This document shows positions 51,146 through 59,882 of a stretch of DNA of 64,000 nt, in pieces. Numbering within the stretch: the stretch's first letter is position 1; each line of letters opens with the position of its first letter. The position numbers and the translations under genes were made by a program. The notes under the pieces are model-generated. The model worked only from the letters and a program-made list of their open reading frames with translations, did no database searches and was not told the DNA's origin. Source of the DNA: Promethearchaeota archaeon (lineage in GTDB: Archaea > Asgardarchaeota > Lokiarchaeia > Sigyniarchaeales > SOKP01); contig JABCSY010000006.1 of assembly GCA_018238625.1 (NCBI GenBank), positions 9,704-73,703 on the forward strand, read 5' to 3'.

Positions 51146-52653
51146 TATCCCTCCAGACCAATAATTTCTTGAGGATCGTCAGATTCATCTAACCCTTCGG
51201 CTTTTCGAAATTCATCCATGGTGCGGGATGCTATAATTTTAAAGTACTCTTTTAGTTCTTTATCAACTTCTGGAGCAATTCCGGGGCCTACTTGGTTTTC
51301 AAGTATTAAATTAACTTTTTCTTTAGCTCTCACGATTATATCTTTTGATCCGTTCCTTCTCCAAACCCCTCTTTTATCTCTATCTGCTAATTTTGGGACA
51401 AAAATTTCTTTCCTAGTATTTTTTGATGTGTGCTTTAACATCATATAATTCTTCCCCTCATTTGCTACCCTTTTAATTTCATTTATAGCAAGTGTTTCCT
51501 CGTTGAATCTAATCCCTTTCATTCCATGATTAATCATATCAATTAATTCATCATCAATAACGAGTAATTCTAACGCTTCCGCTAAAGAAGATTCGTAGGT
51601 TCCCGCACACGTAATGTAATTTATTCCCGCTTGTACAGCGAAGAAGAGCGTCATAAATCTCTCAAATCCGTTTTGAATATCGAAACATTTTGATTCTGTA
51701 ACGGCTCCTGGACCTCTAGAAGGAATCTTATAGAAGCGAGCTAACTGAGCTGCAGCTGCAGTGATTAAACCCGTTTCTATTGATCCCCAAGCAACATTCC
51801 CGCTGGGAGGATCCATTGGACAATTCATTGTCGAATAAAAAACAGGTGTTCCAGGATTAATGAGTTCAGTAAGAACGATTGAAGATAAGACTTCCATATT
51901 TGTTTGTATTAACAATCCCGCTAAAGTTACTGGTGCAGTCGCTCCAGCACTAGCCGCAGACGCAATAATTATTGGCTGCTTGTATTTTGCAAAAACGAAT
52001 AAGCCATTTAACATAATTTTAGTAAGCATAAGTGGACTTGTTGGGTTAAAAAACCCAATTAACCTTGGTCTTTTTTTTAGTTCATCTTCACCGCCAGCGA
52101 TAATTGAAGTTAGATCCATCATATCCTTGCTTGCAACCCTCCCATAACACCCTAATCCAAAGGGTTTGTAACTATGTTCTGCCCAAGCACGTATACTGTG
52201 ATAATGAGTTTCCGTATAGGGCACATCGTTTGGCCACACGTCTACGTGCGAACAAACTATGTTTTTTAGACTGTCTACGATCCGAATTTGACTTATAGTA
52301 TCTTCAAGCAACGATTTTCGTACTCCGCTTTTTTTTTCAGGGGCGTACATTTTAACTGGCGTACCAACGGTCGCAAATTTTGTACTGGATGTATTTACTT
52401 CAAACTTAAACGAACCGTCTGGCCCCCATAGACTGAAAGAATCGGGCACGATTTTAATAGTGTCTTTTACAAGGCTTTCAGGAAATTTTACATATTTACT
52501 ATTTTTATCAAATTCGGCTCCATTGTCAATTAGAAGATTCCTAGCTTCGGTAGACTCTATTCTAACGCCAATTGTTTCTAATAGTTCAATAGTGTTTTGA
52601 TGTATAAGTTCAATTTCATCCTTTGTTAAAACTTCAATTTGATTCATTCTCAT
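51145..52653 (-). CDS. MttB-superfamily corrinoid methyltransferase, non-pyrrolysine
   Basis: NPTSPL, GATAPVTLAG, NPGTPV, IPSRGPGAVTESK, AGTYES...LVIDDE; no in-frame TAG. Confidence 0.88.
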   Translation of the reverse strand: MRMNQIEVLTKDEIELIHQNTIELLETIGVRIESTEARNLLIDNGAEFDKNSKYVKFPESLVKDTIKIVPDSFSLWGPDGSFKFEVNTSSTKFATVGTPVKMYAPEKKSGVRKSLLEDTISQIRIVDSLKNIVCSHVDVWPNDVPYTETHYHSIRAWAEHSYKPFGLGCYGRVASKDMMDLTSIIAGGEDELKKRPRLIGFFNPTSPLMLTKIMLNGLFVFAKYKQPIIIASAASAGATAPVTLAGLLIQTNMEVLSSIVLTELINPGTPVFYSTMNCPMDPPSGNVAWGSIETGLITAAAAQLARFYKIPSRGPGAVTESKCFDIQNGFERFMTLFFAVQAGINYITCAGTYESSLAEALELLVIDDELIDMINHGMKGIRFNEETLAINEIKRVANEGKNYMMLKHTSKNTRKEIFVPKLADRDKRGVWRRNGSKDIIVRAKEKVNLILENQVGPGIAPEVDKELKEYFKIIASRTMDEFRKAEGLDESDDPQEIIGLEG

Positions 52654-52825
52654 TGTGATTTCAAACCAGATAAGATATTTAAATTCTCTTTTAACAAGAT
52701 ATTATTTCATTATTTTAGTTCTAGAAACCATTAATTTATCTACTTTTTGAAAAACTTTTTTTTTCATAGAGGTTAGTAGATAACTAATAACTTTATTTTA
52801 AATTCTATTATTCAAAGGAGTTAAA

Positions 52826-53467
52826 ATGTCATTAGAAGAACAAGTGAAAGAACTTGTTGAGGAATGGGATGAGGATGGCTTAAAAGATCTATGTCATTCA
52901 GTGTTAGATAACGAAGAAGCATCAGCAGAAGACCTCTTGGAAATTATTGGCAACCTCATGAAATTTATTGGTTCTCAATTTGAAAATGAAGATATTTTTC
53001 TACCTGACTTAATTGGTGCTGCGGGAGTCGTTAAAGTCGCAATCGACGAAGTCTTAGACCCTGCAATCAGAGCTTCTGGTAGTGAAAAGAAAACGCTCGG
53101 AAAAATTGTTATTGGAACCGTTGAAAGCGATGTACATAGTATTGGGAAGGATTTAGTATCGTCTTTTCTATTTTCAAATGGATTCGATGTCTATAATTTA
53201 GGGGTAGAGGTTACTGCTGACGAATTTATTACTAAAGCAGAAGAAGTTGGCGCCAAAATTATAGGAATGTCTTCGTTATTAACGATGTCTATGGATTTTC
53301 AACGACAAGTTATAGAAGAATTGAAAAAAAGGGGATTGAGGGAGAAATATAAGGTTATCGTTGGTGGTGCTCCTACAACAGATGAATGGTCTGAGCAAAT
53401 TGGAGCCGATGGCTGGGCAGATGATGCTATTGAAACGGTAAGTTTAGTAAAGAAATTAATTGAATAG
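52826..53467 (+). CDS. Methyltransferase cognate corrinoid protein
   Basis: GTVESDVHSIGKDLV (DxHxxG), IGMSSLL, IVGGAP, IGADGW. Confidence 0.92.
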   Translation: MSLEEQVKELVEEWDEDGLKDLCHSVLDNEEASAEDLLEIIGNLMKFIGSQFENEDIFLPDLIGAAGVVKVAIDEVLDPAIRASGSEKKTLGKIVIGTVESDVHSIGKDLVSSFLFSNGFDVYNLGVEVTADEFITKAEEVGAKIIGMSSLLTMSMDFQRQVIEELKKRGLREKYKVIVGGAPTTDEWSEQIGADGWADDAIETVSLVKKLIE

Positions 53468-53497
53468 ATAAAAATAAGAGTGTAAGTCTGATTAACT

Positions 53498-55021
53498 ATG
53501 AAAATGGAAAAATTGAAAGTATTATCTACAGATGAAATTGAATTAATTCATTCTGCATCAATGGAATTACTATCAACCGTCGGTATTAAGATTGATGATC
53601 AAGAAGTTAGAGAGTTACTTCAGGAAAAAGGTGCTGTTATTAATGATAATACCAAATTTGTAAAATTTCCTGAAAATTTTATTGAAGAGCAGATAAAAAA
53701 AGTACCCAGTTCTTTTAAATTACACGGGCCTGATGGATCTTTTAATTTTGAAGTAAATACGCACGATACCATTTTTGCAACTATAGGAACTCCAGTTAAA
53801 ATATACGACCCAGAGAAAAAAAGCGGAGTACGAAAATCGTTGCTTGAAGATACAATTAAACAGATACGCGTCGTAGATAGCCTGGAAAACATCGTATGTT
53901 CGCACGTAGACGTGTGGCCGGGAGATATACAATATACGACTATCCACGCTCGTTGTATCTACGAATGGGCTAAGAATACTAAGAAACCTTACGGTCTAGG
54001 CGTTTATGGGAAGCTTGCAAGTACAGATGTGATAAACATGGTCTCTATGATTGTAGGAGGAAACGATGAATTAATCAACAGACCTCGTCTTGTTGGGTTT
54101 TTTAACCCTACTAGCCCGCTTCATTTACCCCAAATCATGACAAATGGATTGCAAATCTTTGCGAAATACAAGCAGCCAACAATAATTGCTCCAGAAGCTC
54201 TTGCTGGATCCTCAGCACCAGTTACTTTAGCGGGATTATTAGCCCAAACCAACGCTGAAATTTTGGGTGGTGCTATTCTTGCTCAGATTTTTAACCCGGG
54301 AGCTCCAATTTTTTATGGAACCGTGTCCCACATAACTGACATGCGATCTGGGAACTCTGCTATTGGGAGTATTGAAACTGGACTTATAACTGCAGGTATT
54401 GCACAACTTGCGCGATTTTACAACATCCCTTCAAGAGGTCCCGGTTTGGTAACCGATTCTAAATGCTTCGACCTACAAAACGGTTTTGAACGATTTCAGA
54501 CGCTTTTACTTGCGGCACAAGCGGGTATAAATTACATTACGTGCGCTGGAACTTACGAAGCTACTTTAGTCGAAGCTTTGGAGCTTCTTGTAATTGACGA
54601 CGAGTTAGCTGGCATGGTAAAAAGAGCAACTGAGGGTATTAATGTAAACGAAGATACGATAGGGTTAGAAACTATTAAGAAAATAGCTTTGAATGAAAAG
54701 CCTGGTGCTACTTTCTTGGCTGAAAAACACACGCGTAAACATATGAAGCAAGAATTATATATGCCAATTCATAAACTTATTAATAGAAATAGAAGAAGTA
54801 CTTGGCGAAAGAAGGGTTCAAAAGATATTATGGAGTCAGCTCGCGAAAAAGTCGAGGAAATATTGCGGGACTATAACCCTCCTGAACTTTCTCAAGATAT
54901 CCATTCTGAACTACAAGAATATATTAAAAAAGTAGAAGAAAGAACGATCGACGATTACATGAAAGCCGAAGGGATGGCATCGGGGAGCGTTTCTTTACCA
55001 GGTACGGATATCTCAATTTAG
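53498..55021 (+). CDS. MttB-superfamily corrinoid methyltransferase, non-pyrrolysine (paralog)
   Basis: NPTSPL, GSSAPVTLAG, NPGAPI, IPSRGPGLVTDSK, AGTYEA...LVIDDE; no in-frame TAG. Confidence 0.88.
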   Translation: MKMEKLKVLSTDEIELIHSASMELLSTVGIKIDDQEVRELLQEKGAVINDNTKFVKFPENFIEEQIKKVPSSFKLHGPDGSFNFEVNTHDTIFATIGTPVKIYDPEKKSGVRKSLLEDTIKQIRVVDSLENIVCSHVDVWPGDIQYTTIHARCIYEWAKNTKKPYGLGVYGKLASTDVINMVSMIVGGNDELINRPRLVGFFNPTSPLHLPQIMTNGLQIFAKYKQPTIIAPEALAGSSAPVTLAGLLAQTNAEILGGAILAQIFNPGAPIFYGTVSHITDMRSGNSAIGSIETGLITAGIAQLARFYNIPSRGPGLVTDSKCFDLQNGFERFQTLLLAAQAGINYITCAGTYEATLVEALELLVIDDELAGMVKRATEGINVNEDTIGLETIKKIALNEKPGATFLAEKHTRKHMKQELYMPIHKLINRNRRSTWRKKGSKDIMESAREKVEEILRDYNPPELSQDIHSELQEYIKKVEERTIDDYMKAEGMASGSVSLPGTDISI

Positions 55022-55042
55022 GAATTAATGTAAATTAAAAAT

Positions 55043-55762
55043 TCATATCTTTTTATTTGATTTTCTTTTTATATATTTTTTAGCTAAGTCTAGTAAATTT
55101 ATTTTCAACATAGCATATAAGAAGATCACCATAATATATAGTGAGACTACGCTTAGAATCCAACTTTCTCCTCCTAATAAACTGCAAATATTTAAGAAGT
55201 TATAAGAGAAAATTAACATTAAACCTAATTTCCCAAGCCAACACCAAAATATTGTCCTTTTCAAAGAATATTTTATTAATCCAAGGGGAATTGTAATAAG
55301 ATCATCCGATATGGGTGTTAAGGCGGCAAAAAATATAGCAAGAGGAGCAATTCTTGGATGTTCTACTAAAAACTGTTGATAATTCTTTAATTTCTTTCTC
55401 TGTTCTTCAGAAATGAACTCTGAGGCGCCTCTACCAACAAAATATCCTCCCAATTCGCCAAATAAACAACCCAAACTTGCTACTAGGGCGACTATCATAG
55501 GGACGATCAAATTTAATTGTAAAAATGGAAGAGAGCTAAAGCATACTACAAATGTATATGGTGTAGGTATAGGTAATAGGTTGCCTATTAAACAAACAAG
55601 AAATGTTATTAGAAGCCCAGATGCTAGATTTTGAAAAGGGGGATATTTGGAAAGGTTTTCTATAGCTTCCCTATGAGCTTCATTTAATAGGAAATTAATT
55701 GAAATGATTGTAAGCACTATTAACAGAATTATAAAGATGTAATCTATTCGTTTTAACTTCAT
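55043..55762 (-). CDS. DedA/VTT (SNARE-associated) family membrane protein
   Basis: LLPIPTP, GCLFGELGGYFVGRG, FAALTPISDDLITIPLGL. Confidence 0.82.
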   Translation of the reverse strand: MKLKRIDYIFIILLIVLTIISINFLLNEAHREAIENLSKYPPFQNLASGLLITFLVCLIGNLLPIPTPYTFVVCFSSLPFLQLNLIVPMIVALVASLGCLFGELGGYFVGRGASEFISEEQRKKLKNYQQFLVEHPRIAPLAIFFAALTPISDDLITIPLGLIKYSLKRTIFWCWLGKLGLMLIFSYNFLNICSLLGGESWILSVVSLYIMVIFLYAMLKINLLDLAKKYIKRKSNKKI

Positions 55763-55834
55763 TTAATTCATAATTCATGATGTAATTAAGTAAATTAAAA
55801 AGAAGTTCATTAAATAGTTGATCGTTTGGAAACA

Positions 55835-55987
55835 TTAAGGGTTTGAAAGTATCGTAATAATAACGCTTACTAAAATACTACCAAGAAATATTGATATTAG
55901 AACAACTGCTAACCGAGCTTGTTTTTTCTGCTTTTTTCGTATATACTTCTTTCTTTTTTGATACGGTCTTGGTTTTAATGAGCTCAT
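55835..55987 (-). CDS. 50-aa basic peptide with a C-terminal hydrophobic helix, absent from the ORF track
   Basis: MSSLKPRPYQKRKKYIRKKQKKQARLAVVLISIFLGSILVSVIITILSNP*; ATG is 4 nt after the stop of the gelsolin-like gene. Confidence 0.68.
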   Translation of the reverse strand: MSSLKPRPYQKRKKYIRKKQKKQARLAVVLISIFLGSILVSVIITILSNP

Positions 55988-55991
55988 TTTA

Positions 55992-56759
55992 TTAATTATT
56001 ATCTTTAAGTGGCTGTTTTTTTATGATATCTTCGCCTTCTCCTTCTTCTCCCAATTCTACTTTTTGCAATAGTTCGGTTAATACAACTTTATTAAACGAA
56101 AAAAGCATTCTGGGGATATATTTATCAGCTAAATAGGTGCCATCGTCGATTTCTTCTTTTAAAGGGAATAACTGCTTTTCTTTGACTACAGAACCTAGAT
56201 AATTTCGTTCATATTCGCGATACCCAAAGATATTATTTTTTACAATAACAATTTTTCGTTCAAATCCTTCAGGGATTCCCGCTTTTTCAAGTATTAGGAG
56301 TATTTTTTCCCTCGATAAAGACTCGAGAAGCTCAAGATCTTCAGCTGTACCTTCATAAGCGGGTCCAGTTTGAGTAAGTTCATAATCGATCGCTTTTTCT
56401 AACCCTAACATTACTTTAAAACCATGTGTTTCGTCATCTTGGTCAACAGCAGTAATTTTAAAGGCAATCCCGTGTTTATCCCTTATAGCTGGAGCCATCT
56501 TTGCCGCGATGAATTTCATTCTTGTCGTAGTATTGTAGCCGTGCCAAAGCCAAACGCGGTAGTGTTGAGGATCTGTAAAAAGTAGAACGAAATCATCATC
56601 TAACAAATCTTGTAATCGTAGGTCCGGATCAATTATTAATTCTTCAAAATCACCAATACTATCGTTAAATTGATAAACGATAATCTCTTGAACTTGTCTT
56701 TCAGGAATATTTTCTTCTTCTTTCGTGTTATTTTTAGCTGGGGATTGCTCATCTGGCAT
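55992..56759 (-). CDS. Gelsolin-like domain protein with C-terminal extension
   Basis: LLDDDFVLLFTD...VWLWHGYNTTTRMKFIAAKMA...ITAVDQDDETHGFKVMLG matches the gelsolin repeat pattern. Confidence 0.75.
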   Translation of the reverse strand: MPDEQSPAKNNTKEEENIPERQVQEIIVYQFNDSIGDFEELIIDPDLRLQDLLDDDFVLLFTDPQHYRVWLWHGYNTTTRMKFIAAKMAPAIRDKHGIAFKITAVDQDDETHGFKVMLGLEKAIDYELTQTGPAYEGTAEDLELLESLSREKILLILEKAGIPEGFERKIVIVKNNIFGYREYERNYLGSVVKEKQLFPLKEEIDDGTYLADKYIPRMLFSFNKVVLTELLQKVELGEEGEGEDIIKKQPLKDNN

Positions 56760-56848
56760 TTTATTTAATTTAAATAGCTTTAATTACTTAATAGATAGTT
56801 AGGATTAATAATATATTATTATTTTTGCTTTAAAAATAGATGTAGAAT

Positions 56849-57643
56849 TTATTTCAGAAATTCTATTATAGCATTTAAGACTAAATTTGGTTCTTCGACA
56901 AAAGGAGCATGTGCGCTTTTACTAAACCATGCGATTTGGGAATATGTAATTAATTTAGCGAGGATTTCGGCGTTTTGAGGTGGAACTAAAATATCCTTCT
57001 TTCCATGCATGATTAAGGTAGATGTCACTAATTCTTTTAATTTATCGCATGTATTGAGCGATTCAATTGCCTTTGTTTGACGTACGTAATTTTCTGACGA
57101 CATTGGCGTTTTTGCCATGTTTTGAATTGCATATCCAATAAGCTTAGGGTTTTTTTTTATGAATTCGTTTGAATAAAATATAGTCAAAGTTTCTTCTGCT
57201 ATTTCCTCTATAGTTCGCCCCCCTCTTGGTTTATCTATGATTCGCAATACTTCTGGAGATGCTAAAATGGATTTAGGTCCACCACAACTTGTGGAACATA
57301 AAATTAACTTATTTACTCTATCATAGTTTAGAACCAACTCTTGGGCAATACCACCTCCCATTGAGTGTCCGAAAAGATGAGTATATTCAATGTTTAAAGC
57401 ATCCATTAAACCAATTGTGTCGTCTGCTAGTGTTTTTATCGTGTAATCCAGTTTGGGATCGTCAGATTGTCCTGTTCCTCTATTATCGAACACAATAACT
57501 TTAAAATGTTTTGCTAATTCTTTAAGAAAATATCTCCCCCACCAGCTAGTGTTTGCCCCCAAACCTAAGATCATTAATAGAGGATGACCCTCGCCGTAAA
57601 CTTCGTAGTATAAATGAAAATTATTAATATTAACCTTAGGCAT
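56849..57643 (-). CDS. Alpha/beta hydrolase
   Basis: FDNRGTGQS, GHSMGG, HGKKDILVP, SAHAPF catalytic triad motifs. Confidence 0.92.
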   Translation of the reverse strand: MPKVNINNFHLYYEVYGEGHPLLMILGLGANTSWWGRYFLKELAKHFKVIVFDNRGTGQSDDPKLDYTIKTLADDTIGLMDALNIEYTHLFGHSMGGGIAQELVLNYDRVNKLILCSTSCGGPKSILASPEVLRIIDKPRGGRTIEEIAEETLTIFYSNEFIKKNPKLIGYAIQNMAKTPMSSENYVRQTKAIESLNTCDKLKELVTSTLIMHGKKDILVPPQNAEILAKLITYSQIAWFSKSAHAPFVEEPNLVLNAIIEFLK

Positions 57644-57840
57644 TATTTAAATTCCCCTTTCGATTAGTTATCGATGTATAAGATTTTAATTTATTTTAAT
57701 ATTAGGATTTTCTTAATTTTAGTATTTTAAATACTGGACTTTAACAACTACAAAGTTCACAAGATATAAAAATTTCGAGTAATTATATTCCTCAGGCTCT
57801 AATTTTATTGGCAATGGAAACTTTCGAAATTTAATTCATT

Positions 57841-57925
57841 GCGGGAATTGCCAAGCTTGGTCAAAGGCGCTGGACTCAGAATCCAGTCCCGTAGGAGTTC
57901 GGGAGTTCGAATCTCCCTTCCCGCA
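57841..57925 (+). tRNA. tRNA-Leu (CAG), intronless, CCA not encoded
   Basis: Acceptor stem GCGGGAA/TTCCCGC plus discriminator A; anticodon stem CTGGA/TCCAG with loop CT-CAG-AA; long variable arm; T-arm GGGAG-TTCGAAT-CTCCC. Confidence 0.93.
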
Positions 57926-58276
57926 TTTAACCACAATACTAATACCTAAGAATTAGAGGATTGGATTTGTAATTCATTATACTTTCAAAATAATTGGGAA
58001 AGATTATACCTCAATTCTTTTTATATAAAAAATCTTCACTCACACTACCAAAAGATAAATATCAAAGGTGGGGAAGGAACTATGGTTTTTTATGCCATTA
58101 GTTTTTATTATAAAACGTAGATTTAGATTACATTTAACTATTTATTTTGAGGCTAGGAATTCTGCCATGTGTCCCTATAATATATAATTCTTTCATTATT
58201 AACCCCAACGGAAGGCATTCTTTCTTGGATCTTGATAAGAAACAATACATTTTAACTATAAAATTATTCATAAATC

Positions 58277-58328
58277 TTTAAGTCAACTTAAATTTTTAAT
58301 AAGACTTAAATATTAAAGTCAACTATAA
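58277..58328. promoter_or_regulatory. Three imperfect 16-bp palindromes at 18-bp spacing (candidate operators)
   Basis: TTTAAGTCAACTTAAA (58277), TTTAATAAGACTTAAA (58295), TTAAAGTCAACTATAA (58313), upstream of a gene pair that includes a TetR regulator. Confidence 0.45.
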
Positions 58329-58371
58329 TCCTTATAACATAAAAATTATAAAATGTAAGGGGATATAACAA

Positions 58372-59103
58372 ATGGAGTTAATTCTTTATCAGATCACACT
58401 AATTTGCTCTCTTCTATCAATTCAATATTTATGCGGTTTATTAGTCAAGAAAAAAGACATAAAAGTGAATTATACGAGAAAGATTGTGCATTTTGCATTG
58501 TTTTTTCTTCCATTTTTTCTAGAACCATTCTTCTTCCAGAACACTAGTCCAAATAATCACGGAGTAGGAATGATGGTAAGCTTATCTACATATTTTCTAT
58601 TAATTAAACCAATAAGGAGCCGCGTAAAACCTCTTAATACAGCGTTTATGTCATTGGATAGACCAGAAGATCGACCTAATACATTGAAATGGATTTTTCT
58701 GCAGAATATATTAGCAGCTCTTGTTATGTTTCCTCTAAGTATTATGTTCTCAATAAATAATATGGAATTTCTGATTTTTATTCCTATTTTTATAAATGCA
58801 ATTGGTGATGGACTTGCAGAACCAATTGGCATCCGATTTGGCAAGCATAAATATCAGACATATGCATTATTTAGTAAAAAAAAGTATGTTCGAAGTATTG
58901 AAGGTAGTTCATGTGTTTTTATTACGAGTTTAGCTTTGATAATAATATTTTCACCCTGTTTTACATTTATACAATTTTCACTCGCTTTACTTATTATTCC
59001 AATTTCCATGACGATTAGTGAGGCTTTTTCCCCTCATACTCTTGATAACCCGTTTCTTTTTTTGGTGTGCGGATTATTGTTAGTTTTTATTATTCAAATA
59101 TAG
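58372..59103 (+). CDS. Phytol/dolichol kinase family (CTP-dependent polyprenol kinase) membrane protein
   Basis: YTRKIVH, AIGDGLAEPIGIRFGKH, RSIEGS, EAFSPHTLDN. Confidence 0.83.
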   Translation: MELILYQITLICSLLSIQYLCGLLVKKKDIKVNYTRKIVHFALFFLPFFLEPFFFQNTSPNNHGVGMMVSLSTYFLLIKPIRSRVKPLNTAFMSLDRPEDRPNTLKWIFLQNILAALVMFPLSIMFSINNMEFLIFIPIFINAIGDGLAEPIGIRFGKHKYQTYALFSKKKYVRSIEGSSCVFITSLALIIIFSPCFTFIQFSLALLIIPISMTISEAFSPHTLDNPFLFLVCGLLLVFIIQI

Positions 59104-59186
59104 TCTTAAATTATTATTTCGTATGTTTTAATAAGAACATATAATTTTAAAGTAATGTTATTAGTATTTAAAGAAGTAAAAAGTTC

Positions 59187-59876
59187 ATGAATTTGATGGG
59201 TTTGAGTGGGATGTTGAAATTAAATGATCTTCCTCTACGCGAAGTTAAAAAAGCTAAAACTAAACTTGAATTTTTAAGAGTATTGGAAGAAAAATTGAAG
59301 AGTCGACCATTAGAACTTATTAATATTACTGAACTCTGTAAAGATGTAATGATCTCCGAGGTTACTTTCTATAATTATTTCAAAAAGAAAACAGATTTAA
59401 TTTTATATCACAATAAACTTTTAGAAATTGAAATTTGGATTAAATTAAGTGGACTCCATGTAAATTATACTGGTCTTCAGGCTATCGGGCATATTTTTGA
59501 GATAATCTCTGATAAAGTAGAGGATAACATGTTACTCATGAGAGAGTTTTTATTAGTTATGGTTAACAGCCGTGGACCCCCAATCGTTCCACAAATAACC
59601 ACAGCAGAAATATTAATGAAGTTTCCTAATTTAAACAAAATTCCTCCTCCCGATATATCCATCCCTTTAATGATCGTAGAAAATATCAAAAAATCAATTA
59701 AAAAGGGAGATTTAAAAAATGATATTGATATACCAACTGTTCTAAATGCAATAATTACTATTCTTATTGGATTGCCGTTCGCTTTACTATTTTCTGGAAA
59801 AATTAAGAAACCAAAGGATTTGCGTAATTCCTTTAAATACCAGTTGAAATTATTATGGAAAGGTCTTAATTCATAG
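59187..59876 (+). CDS. TetR/AcrR family transcriptional regulator
   Basis: LREVKKAKTK...INITELCKDVMISEVTFYNYFKKKTDLI helix-turn-helix. Confidence 0.88.
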   Translation: MNLMGLSGMLKLNDLPLREVKKAKTKLEFLRVLEEKLKSRPLELINITELCKDVMISEVTFYNYFKKKTDLILYHNKLLEIEIWIKLSGLHVNYTGLQAIGHIFEIISDKVEDNMLLMREFLLVMVNSRGPPIVPQITTAEILMKFPNLNKIPPPDISIPLMIVENIKKSIKKGDLKNDIDIPTVLNAIITILIGLPFALLFSGKIKKPKDLRNSFKYQLKLLWKGLNS

Positions 59877-59882
59877 GTAGAT

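Noticed and set aside
51145-55021. Pyrrolysine recoding in the MttB homologs
   Set aside because: Both ORFs are continuous, with Val at the corresponding position.
57841-57925. tRNA read as tRNA-Sec because TCA occurs in the loop
   Set aside because: The 5-bp stem CTGGA/TCCAG centres CAG in a 7-nt loop, and the 7-bp acceptor stem with discriminator A fits Leu.
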